Both the position numbers and the translations under genes were made by a program. Below, piece after piece: positions 1 through 6,761 of a stretch of DNA of 32,000 nucleotides. The number at the start of each line of letters is the position of its first letter. Within the stretch, counting starts at the first letter, position 1. Source of the DNA: Nitrososphaera viennensis EN76 (GTDB taxonomy: Archaea > Thermoproteota > Nitrososphaeria > Nitrososphaerales > Nitrososphaeraceae); the NCBI RefSeq assembly GCF_000698785.1, contig NZ_CP007536.1, positions 1,200,001 to 1,232,000 on the forward strand, written 5' to 3'. Below the pieces are notes generated by a model. That model was not told the origin of the DNA, did no database searches, and saw only the letters and a program-made list of their open reading frames with translations.

Positions 1-666
1 GAGAAAGCTCAAGAGTCCTGCAGAAAAGGCCACGCCGGCGCTTACAGTTGGGGCTTCGATTGCGGCAGCAGCGCCTCCTGCCGGGGCGGGCTTGCCGTCT
101 TTGCCGACAACGATGCTGCTCATGGTCAGCGCGGCCTGCACCCGGGATCGGGTGTCTTCAGACATCGGGTCAAACGCGCCCTTCCACTGGTGCAGCACAT
201 AGCCGTCCTTGCTTATCAGGAACGACTCCGGGACCCCGATTGTCCGGAAGGTGGACGCAAACCGGTCGCTCGGGTCACGCCAGATGGTATAGGTTATCCC
301 CTTTGACTTTAGAAAGCTGTTTATCCTGTCGTCGGCGCCGGCATCATCGATGCTGACTCCAACCACCTTGAAATCAGAGCCGGCAAAGTCCTGCTGCAGC
401 GCCTCCAGCCCGGGCATCTCTGTCCTGCAGGGGACACACCAGGTCGCCCAGACGTTAAGGACGACTACCTGTCCGCGCAAGTCTTCCAGCGACACCTGCT
501 TTCCGTCAAGCGTTGTTGCCTGGTACGCGGGGGCGGGCTTCAGACTCTGGGCAAGCGCGGCGCCTCCGCCAATTGAAAAAAGGCTTGGAAAGACAAGGAG
601 CAGGACTGCGCCCACTGCAATGAGGGCGATTCCCTTTGATATCGGCGGCCTGAACGATATTCTCAT
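1..666 (-). CDS. Thiol:disulfide oxidoreductase: TlpA/ResA-like thioredoxin domain followed by the start of a CcdA/DsbD-type membrane domain (3' end runs off the window)
   Basis: Absent from the ORF track because it has no stop codon in the window. My translation from ATG 666-664 gives MRISFRPPISKGIALIAVGAVLLLVF (signal anchor), then VVVLNVWATWCVPCRTEMP (WCxPC redox motif, nt 427-441), then GVPESFLISKDG. The final residues AGVAFSAGLLSFL (nt 1-39) look like DsbD/CcdA TM1. The + strand ORFs 48-356 and 350-685 are shadows of this gene. Confidence 0.8.
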   Translation of the reverse strand, partial: MRISFRPPISKGIALIAVGAVLLLVFPSLFSIGGGAALAQSLKPAPAYQATTLDGKQVSLEDLRGQVVVLNVWATWCVPCRTEMPGLEALQQDFAGSDFKVVGVSIDDAGADDRINSFLKSKGITYTIWRDPSDRFASTFRTIGVPESFLISKDGYVLHQWKGAFDPMSEDTRSRVQAALTMSSIVVGKDGKPAPAGGAAAAIEAPTVSAGVAFSAGLLSFL

Positions 667-681
667 TTTCCTGGCCCTGCT

Positions 682-1896
682 CTAGGCGGCAGTGTCGATG
701 ACGGCCAATTTTACGTCGTCTCCTTCTATCCAGGAAATCACTATCTTGCCATCGGCGCCAGTCGTGTACGGGTAGTGCTTGGTTATGTCCCCCTTTGCAA
801 ACGCGCCGTTATGGAGTATGTTGCCATCCCTGTCGACCACGGCCAGAGTTACGCTCCCGTCACCGACGTAGGAGTGGTCTTCGTCATAGGTCGGGCTTTT
901 CTTGAGCCCTTCAGAGTTCACGAATGTTATCCAGGCGTTGTCGTTCTTGTCCACCGCAAGGTACTGGGTAGTCGGCGGTATCCATTTCTCTGACAGGAGG
1001 TGTATCGGCACGGGCTTGCTGAACGTGGCGCCCTTGTCGTCAGAGTGCGTGTAATAGAATCCCTGACCCTGCGACGCGGTTTCGCTCCCCGTGAACCAGG
1101 CTACGTGCATGCGCCCCTTGCTGTCAAACGCCATGCCCGGGCCGGCGTCAGGGCAGCCGTTCATGAACCAGCTGTCGTTGCCAACTTTTGAAGGCTCGGA
1201 AAAGCTCTGCGCCATGCCGCTGTCGGTAGAGTGTTCCACGGTTATGTCACGGATTATCGCCATGTCGTTGTGGTGGCCCATGTAGTCTGTCCTTGTTTCA
1301 TTGGTAATTTTTTCTGCCGTACCTTGGAAGGTAGAGCGCGACGATATGTACAATTCATTGTCAGGGCCCATCGTGGCAACGGTTGCGCAGCACTGGCATG
1401 CAGATTTGTCAGCAATCTTGCTTTTGCCAAAGGTCTTGCCGCCGTCTGCAGAACTGACGACGCGCAGCACCGTCGGAGTGCCAGACACGTCGTCTTCCTT
1501 GGAGTAATCCAGGTTCAGGTACGAGATATAGACGTGGTTGTCCTTTGAAACCGCCATGTACGGGTACGATCGCTCGCCCACGGGGTCGTCGGGCGATGGA
1601 TCTCTGGCAGGCTCGAAGGTCTTGCCGCCGTCAAGCGACCGTGTAAAGCGCAATGAAGTTATCCCCCACGGATATTTCTCCGGGTCCGGATTCTCGTTGT
1701 GGTACCAGACTGCATAGACCTCACCGTTCTGGCCCACTGCCAAGGCAGGGGCACTCCACTGGGCGCTGAGGATCACGTCGCCTTCCTTGTCGTTCACCCT
1801 CACAGGCGCAGAGAAAGTCTTGCCGCCGTCATCTGACCTCTGCATGTACATGTTGCCGCCGCTGCCATTTTCGGCCCTGAAAAACGCCACATACAC
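682..1896 (-). CDS. BNR/Asp-box repeat beta-propeller protein (sialidase-fold, function unknown)
   Basis: Five Asp-box motifs: SDDGGKTF, SLDGGKTF, SADGGKTF, STDSGMAQSF, SDDKGATF. The track start is a GTG with no signal peptide. The same frame stays open upstream to 2142 without any start codon (see the frameshift finding). Confidence 0.85.
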   Translation of the reverse strand: MYVAFFRAENGSGGNMYMQRSDDGGKTFSAPVRVNDKEGDVILSAQWSAPALAVGQNGEVYAVWYHNENPDPEKYPWGITSLRFTRSLDGGKTFEPARDPSPDDPVGERSYPYMAVSKDNHVYISYLNLDYSKEDDVSGTPTVLRVVSSADGGKTFGKSKIADKSACQCCATVATMGPDNELYISSRSTFQGTAEKITNETRTDYMGHHNDMAIIRDITVEHSTDSGMAQSFSEPSKVGNDSWFMNGCPDAGPGMAFDSKGRMHVAWFTGSETASQGQGFYYTHSDDKGATFSKPVPIHLLSEKWIPPTTQYLAVDKNDNAWITFVNSEGLKKSPTYDEDHSYVGDGSVTLAVVDRDGNILHNGAFAKGDITKHYPYTTGADGKIVISWIEGDDVKLAVIDTAA

Positions 1897-1913
1897 CGCG
1901 CCAGACTTGGGGT

Positions 1914-2141
1914 CTATTGCAGTAGATGGTGTGGTCGCGTTGGCAACGGTATAGTATGCTGCCTTTTGAATAGAATCTTGGACTTTTGATTTGGCCGCGG
2001 CAAGAGCGATAGAGTTATTATGATCGTTGTTGCTGCCGCATTTTGGACGTTTTTGATAGGGCCCACGGTCGCCACTAGCGCGGCAATGATGACGGCAATT
2101 CCAGCAGCACCCGCGATTCCATAAATAAAACCTTTTTTCAT
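1914..2141 (-). CDS. Signal-anchor ORF, probably the displaced 5' end of the BNR gene
   Basis: MKKGFIYGIAGAAGIAVIIAALVATVGP is a typical n-region plus hydrophobic region. After about residue 37 the sequence turns low-complexity, while the BNR frame becomes sensible. A TATA-like CTATTATTC lies about 35 nt upstream of ATG 2141. Confidence 0.45.
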   Translation of the reverse strand: MKKGFIYGIAGAAGIAVIIAALVATVGPIKNVQNAAATTIIITLSLLPRPNQKSKILFKRQHTIPLPTRPHHLLQ

Positions 2142-2186
2142 TTTATTTAACCGGCATAAATTCAGCCTTTGAATAATAGGGCGTTG

Positions 2187-2202
2187 TGGTTTATTCTACG
2201 AA
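2187..2202 (+). promoter_or_regulatory. Degenerate copy of the TGGTACA-N4-CCGAA motif upstream of the BNR/DsbD operon
   Basis: TGGTTTA-TTCT-ACGAA matches 5/7 and 4/5 of the two half-sites. It lies directly distal to the TATA-like element at 2167-2182, the same layout as most of the strong copies. Confidence 0.3.
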
Positions 2203-2315
2203 TGAACCAGTCTGCATTCAATCGATCAACCGCGCGTAAAACAAGAAAAAAGAAGAAGAGGGGCCGGCCGCAGCAAGCCATTGCGAACAAGGCGCCGGTT
2301 GGCGACGTAAAGAAA

Positions 2316-2468
2316 ATGGTCGACGAAGCCATCGGCCCCAACCTGCAGACGGCGTACGGCATCCAGGTCGTGCCGGAATTCCCCGCTCCCCTGCTTCTGT
2401 CTGTTGACGCCATTGCCGCCGTAGCGGCCATCACGAGGTACAGGAAGGGCCGCTTCAGGTCAGCCTAG
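2316..2468 (+). pseudogene. Orphan PEF-CTERM-like tail, possibly the remnant of an exported protein gene
   Basis: The C-terminus IQVVPEFPAPLLLSVDAIAAVAAITRYRKGRFRSA has the PEF motif, a hydrophobic helix and a basic tail, like the tails at 20085-20639 and 20649-21131. No signal peptide exists in the 99-aa ORF 2169-2468, whose N-terminus is a basic low-complexity stretch. Confidence 0.3.
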
Positions 2469-3401
2469 CTGCCGCAGGGCCGCATCCGCTATCTTGGCGA
2501 CTATCTCGCCTGCCCTTTCCTTCTTTACAACGCCTGTTACAAAATGCGGCTTGCCGCCTCCCCGGCCGTCGGCTCCTGCCGCTTCGCGGAAGGCCTTGTT
2601 GCAGTCAAGATTAATCGCTTCATGCCTTGCAAGGATAAAGTACGCGCCCTCGGCGCCGGCGTTGGCGATCACCACTACAACGCCGGGCTCGGCTACCTTT
2701 TCTCCCGCAAATTCCTGCAGCGCCTCGTCTGCAAGGCCGGAAAACACCCCGCTGTAGACCCTGACGCTGCCGCTTTCTTCAGCAGGTGTTATCGACTGCA
2801 GCTTTTCCCTGCTCAATGCCTTTAGCTTCTTGAAGGCAGACTCGCCTTCCAGCCTGACTTTTCTTGCAGTGTTTTCCACGGTGTTCAGGTTTGCGCCCAG
2901 CTCGCTGCACACCTTTATCATCTTTGCAGAAAGCGAAACTGCCGCCTCTTTTGCATGCCTGCCGACTGCAAAGTCAACTTCGTATTCGCCGCCGCTCTTT
3001 GACAGCCGCGTGACCAGAAAGAACCCGCACTCTTGCAGGTTGCCGGCGTGCTCCTTGACGCACGCCGTCACATCGTGGCCGGCTATCTCCACCACCCGCA
3101 CCTCGCCTCCGGATATGCGTTCCTCGTTTGCGCGAAGCGTCGGGTTGGCGTTTCTTGCCTCTGCAAGCGAGGGATAGGTGCGCGTCGTCACCTGCCGCCC
3201 TTCCTCGATGAGCGCGTTCACCATGACCTCCGCCCTGACCACGGTGTCGATATCCAGCTGCGGGATTACTATAAATGCTGTATTGCTGCTGCCGTCCTTT
3301 TTGTGCTCGACCTTTCGCACTTGCAGCGTCTGGCCAAGGATCTTTTGCAGCGCGCCGACAAACGCGTGCTCGGCCGTGTGCGCCACCTTTTCTCCTTCCA
3401 T
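2460..3401 (-). CDS. alaX: AlaX-type alanyl-tRNA editing protein (AlaRS second additional domain plus DHHA1-like C-terminus)
   Basis: HTAEH (HxxxH) and CVKEH (CxxxH) zinc motifs, plus a C-terminal GGGKPHFVTG. I place the start at ATG 3401 (MEGEKVAHTAEH) because TATA CATATTTATTG sits about 30 nt upstream. The track's TTG 3428 would lie inside that TATA box. Confidence 0.85.
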   Translation of the reverse strand: MEGEKVAHTAEHAFVGALQKILGQTLQVRKVEHKKDGSSNTAFIVIPQLDIDTVVRAEVMVNALIEEGRQVTTRTYPSLAEARNANPTLRANEERISGGEVRVVEIAGHDVTACVKEHAGNLQECGFFLVTRLSKSGGEYEVDFAVGRHAKEAAVSLSAKMIKVCSELGANLNTVENTARKVRLEGESAFKKLKALSREKLQSITPAEESGSVRVYSGVFSGLADEALQEFAGEKVAEPGVVVVIANAGAEGAYFILARHEAINLDCNKAFREAAGADGRGGGKPHFVTGVVKKERAGEIVAKIADAALRQLG

Positions 3402-3440
3402 GCGGCTTACAGTAGGCAGACGGGGCAATAAATATGAAGT

Positions 3441-4244
3441 TTAGACGATCTTTGCCTTCTTGACGTCTGCCGGCCCGGCCTGCGCCCACGCGTGGTCAAA
3501 CAGGTCTGCGCACCATTCAACAAATGCAGGGCTGTCCCCTGCCAGCATCGCGCTCATGTCCACCTCGCCCTTGGCGTTTGGGAACATTATCGCGGCCTGC
3601 CCGTCTGCGATGTAGAGGGCTGTGCTTACCTTGTCCACCATCCGCTGCTCGATGGCGTTTGCAGAGGTAAGCTCGGCCATAGCCGGTATGATTTCCTCCA
3701 TCACGTTCTGCGGAAACACGGTGTTGCGCCCGATGATGGTCCGCAGCTCCACGCCTCCTCTTGCCCTGTCGATGAGTATCTGGCCTTCTTCCGGCCACGC
3801 CTGCGAGACCATCACCTTCAGCTGCCTTGCAGCCGACGTCTCTAGCTTTTTCAGCTCCTGCATCACGACGGTCACGGTCTCGACCATCCTGCACTTTTCA
3901 AGGGCGCCCATCCGCTGCACGAACTTGTCTGGCAGAAAAGCAAGCGTGCGCTCCTGAAAGAACCTGCGGTGCCTTTCCATGAACCGGAAATAAGGCAGCT
4001 GCATCATTATCGCCCGGCCAAACTCGCTCAGGTAAAACTCGCCGTCTTTTCTTCCAAGGATTCCCGCCTCCAACAGCCTGTTGGCGTTCCGGTGCACATC
4101 CTGCACGGTGACCCCAAGCTCCCTCGCAAGTGTGCTCAGCTTTGCAGGCCTGTTTGCCACCGACGCGATGATGGCGCAGCGCGTCTCGCTTGCTAACTCC
4201 AGGAACAGGCTGGCGGCCTCGGCAGGGTCGTCAGAACCGTCCAC
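3441..4244 (-). CDS. Winged-helix (ArsR-like) transcriptional regulator with a long C-terminal domain
   Basis: N-terminal wHTH: CAIIASVANRPAKLSTLARELGVTVQDVHRNANRLLEAGILGRKDGEFYLSEFG. GTG start at 4244 with TATA CTTAATTATC about 27 nt upstream. Divergent from the gene at 4289-5230. Confidence 0.75.
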   Translation of the reverse strand: MDGSDDPAEAASLFLELASETRCAIIASVANRPAKLSTLARELGVTVQDVHRNANRLLEAGILGRKDGEFYLSEFGRAIMMQLPYFRFMERHRRFFQERTLAFLPDKFVQRMGALEKCRMVETVTVVMQELKKLETSAARQLKVMVSQAWPEEGQILIDRARGGVELRTIIGRNTVFPQNVMEEIIPAMAELTSANAIEQRMVDKVSTALYIADGQAAIMFPNAKGEVDMSAMLAGDSPAFVEWCADLFDHAWAQAGPADVKKAKIV

Positions 4245-4288
4245 GAGGATATAGAGTGCATACGCGATAATTAAGACTTTCAGCAGAT

Positions 4289-5230
4289 TTGTTAAAAGTT
4301 AAGCAGGCCATGCAAGGGTTGCAATCCCTTGTTGAAGAGGGAATATCATCGTACTATTGCCATATTACGGGTACATATATGACAACAGGAGAGTTTGAAA
4401 TAAGAGGGCAGTTTGCAGAACTGCAGAAAAAGTACAAGGAATACCTGCCAAAGGTCGACCCCGAGCTGATAGACGAGCTCCTCCTGCGCCAGTTGGAAAA
4501 CCCGTCCAACCCGGACCCGATATTCATGGTGGAGGTTTTCACCAAGCCTGGCCTTGACACGGAAAAAGTCAGGAGTTACATAATCGAAAAGACTGGGATG
4601 AGCCCGGCCATATACGACAACGGCACCCATTATGTGACAAACCAGAAACTCAACTTGGAGATCCTCAAAGAGATCTCTGACTCGGACGACGTCCTTGAAG
4701 TCACGGGCGAGTACACGGGTGGCATTGGCGCATACGGCGCGTCGCACGAGCACAGGGAGATTGAAGATACAAACGGGGCAGCAAGCGGCCGCGGGCGCCC
4801 GCCTGAGGAAGTACCCCGGTACACAGAGCACGAAAAGAAGACTAGCAACATGAGGATCGCCGCGTACACGGCTGCAGGAATCGTTGGCGCGGTGATAATT
4901 GCAGGCTTTGTCATAAGCGGAGGGATACTTCCAAACGCCAACGTGGGAGGCGGCGCCAGGACTGTCGCGCCTCCGGGGGTGCCGGGTGTGGTGCACGGCT
5001 TTGTAGGAGGCCCTGAAGGTCTGCCGGCAATCGGCGCAAGCGTGATAGCTGCAGAGCAGAACACAGCGTATCACGCAAACGCGTTTGTGTCCATCAATGG
5101 CCAGTACTTTTTGGACCTGCCCCCAGGCAACTATGTCATAATAGCGGCGTACCCCGACGGGTCAAGTAGAGTAGTCAACGGGTTCGTAGTCGAAAGCGGT
5201 TCGGAGCACCGTCTCGACTTTGCCTACTAG
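4289..5230 (+). CDS. Single-pass membrane protein with a C-terminal carboxypeptidase-regulatory-like beta-sandwich
   Basis: TM helix IAAYTAAGIVGAVIIAGFVISGGIL. The C-terminal part, VHGFVGGPEGLPAIGASVIAAEQNTAYHANAFVSINGQYFLDLPPGNYVIIAAYPDG, follows the CarboxypepD_reg pattern. Start is uncertain: TTG 4289, ATG 4310 or ATG 4379. Confidence 0.6.
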   Translation: MLKVKQAMQGLQSLVEEGISSYYCHITGTYMTTGEFEIRGQFAELQKKYKEYLPKVDPELIDELLLRQLENPSNPDPIFMVEVFTKPGLDTEKVRSYIIEKTGMSPAIYDNGTHYVTNQKLNLEILKEISDSDDVLEVTGEYTGGIGAYGASHEHREIEDTNGAASGRGRPPEEVPRYTEHEKKTSNMRIAAYTAAGIVGAVIIAGFVISGGILPNANVGGGARTVAPPGVPGVVHGFVGGPEGLPAIGASVIAAEQNTAYHANAFVSINGQYFLDLPPGNYVIIAAYPDGSSRVVNGFVVESGSEHRLDFAY

Positions 5231-5630
5231 GAACAATACGCGGGCGGCAACGACGACGGCCACCTCAAGGTGGCTGTACTACGCCGCGGCCGGCGCGACT
5301 GCGATCGCAGGGATTCTGCACCTTTACATGGGTCCGGGCACGCTTGGCTTTAACGCAAACACAGGCGTGTTCTTTATCGTCGCCGGAATAGCCCAGCTAT
5401 TCTGGGTAGTGCCGATGATCAAGAAGTGGGGCGTGCCGTGGTACGCGGTAGGCATCGCCGGGACGGCAGTCCTGGTGGCGATATACTTTATCACGAGGAT
5501 GCCGGAAAACCCGATCACGGGAAGGGCAGGACCGATAAACGCAATGGGCGCAGCCACAGAAATACTGCAGCTGGCGTTCATCGGCCTTGCCATGGCTATA
5601 CTTGCGATGGAGCGCAGGCGGCGCGCCTGA
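5220..5630 (+). CDS. Small 4-TM membrane protein, unknown function
   Basis: Four hydrophobic helices. TTG start overlaps the upstream stop by 11 nt, suggesting an operon with 4289-5230. Confidence 0.55.
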   Translation: MPTRNNTRAATTTATSRWLYYAAAGATAIAGILHLYMGPGTLGFNANTGVFFIVAGIAQLFWVVPMIKKWGVPWYAVGIAGTAVLVAIYFITRMPENPITGRAGPINAMGAATEILQLAFIGLAMAILAMERRRRA

Positions 5631-5711
5631 CCCCCTCTTCCTTCCGCCTTCTTTGGCAAGAGTGGTTGGTAAGAAGGATTTTAACCTCCCATCCGGTACA
5701 ACCACACCGTC

Positions 5712-6761
5712 TTGGCAACCACTACAGGCAAAGCTGCTATCACCATCGCAACTCTTGGCTCGCACTGCGCGCTGCAGGTGCTAAAGGGCGCAAAGGACGA
5801 GGGCTTTCGCACGCTCCTCGTGTGCGAGAAAAAGCGCGTCGGCCTTTACGAGAGGTTTGGCTTTATCGACGACATGATAATAGTGGACAAGTTTTCAGAG
5901 GTGGCCGGCGACAGGTGCAAGACAATACTGAAGAAAAAGAACGCGATCATCGTCCCGCACGGCACGCTCATATCGCAGATGTCAAGCGACGAGATTGAAA
6001 AAATCGAGACCCCGATCTTTGGCAACAAGTGGATACTGCGCTGGGAGGCCGACAGGGAGATGAAGCAGAAACTGATGGAAGAGGCCGGCCTGCGTACCCC
6101 AAGGCCCATAAAATCCAAGGACGACATCGACGGCCTCTGCATTGTGAAGCTGCACGGCGCCGCCGGCGGCAAGGGCTACTACCTTGCATGGAACCGCGAG
6201 AGCTTTGAGGAAGGCGCAAAGAGGCTCGTGCAGCAGGGCATGATAAGGGGTGAGCAGGACCTTTACATCCAGGAATTCATAAGAGGGGTGCCTGCGTACC
6301 TGCAGTACTTTTACTCGCCAGTGACAAAATCACTGGAGCTTTTGGGCGTCGACAGGCGCTACGAGTCTGACATTGACGGCATCGGAAGGATACCGGCCAG
6401 GCAGCAGCTGGGGGCAGGAGGCGAGCCTTCGTACACGGTCGTCGGCAACATACCACTCGTACTGCGAGAGTCGCTGCTTGACGAGGTGTACAGGATGGGC
6501 GAGGGCTTTTGCAGGGCCGCCGAGCGGCTGGTAAAACCGGGCATGCCGGGGCCGTTCTGCCTTGAAGGCGTGTACGACAGCGAGGGCAAGTTCACCACGT
6601 TCGAATTTTCTGCAAGAATAGTCGCGGGGACGAACCTGTACGTGGACGGCTCGCCGTACTCGGGCCTGCTTTACGACGAGCCAATGAGCATGGGCAGAAG
6701 AATTGCCCGCGAAGTCAAGGTTGCAAGGAAAAAGAACCGCCTTGCAAGCATTGTCACCTAG
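5712..6761 (+). CDS. purP: FAICAR synthetase (ATP-grasp, archaeal PurP)
   Basis: N-terminal ITIATLGSHCALQVLKGAKDEGF is the PurP signature, with ATP-grasp-like length and layout. TTG start with TATA GGATTTTAACC about 30 nt upstream. Confidence 0.9.
   Translation: MATTTGKAAITIATLGSHCALQVLKGAKDEGFRTLLVCEKKRVGLYERFGFIDDMIIVDKFSEVAGDRCKTILKKKNAIIVPHGTLISQMSSDEIEKIETPIFGNKWILRWEADREMKQKLMEEAGLRTPRPIKSKDDIDGLCIVKLHGAAGGKGYYLAWNRESFEEGAKRLVQQGMIRGEQDLYIQEFIRGVPAYLQYFYSPVTKSLELLGVDRRYESDIDGIGRIPARQQLGAGGEPSYTVVGNIPLVLRESLLDEVYRMGEGFCRAAERLVKPGMPGPFCLEGVYDSEGKFTTFEFSARIVAGTNLYVDGSPYSGLLYDEPMSMGRRIAREVKVARKKNRLASIVT

Noticed and set aside
48-685. + strand ORFs 48-356 and 350-685
   Set aside because: They are Arg/Cys/Ser-rich shadows on the opposite strand of a clear thioredoxin-fold gene with a WCVPC motif.
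2162-2434. 90-aa minus-strand ORF between the BNR gene and alaX
   Set aside because: It has no motifs and odd composition (FFFFLVLRAV is the mirror of the purine tract). It overlaps the BNR promoter and the PEF-tail ORF.
4313-4331. Inverted repeat CAAGGG-TTGCAAT-CCCTTG near the start of gene 4289-5230
   Set aside because: The arms are short (6 bp) and it probably lies inside the coding region (MQGLQSLVEE). There is no second copy and no clear positional logic.
4346-5074. 242-aa and 144-aa minus-strand ORFs opposite gene 4289-5230
   Set aside because: They are Arg/Cys-rich shadow frames. The + strand product has a TM helix and a recognisable beta-sandwich domain.
5694-5709. CGGTACA-ACCA-CACCG between the TATA box and the start of purP
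   Set aside because: The first half matches 6/7 but the second half does not match. Its position downstream of the TATA box differs from the other copies, and purP is a housekeeping gene.
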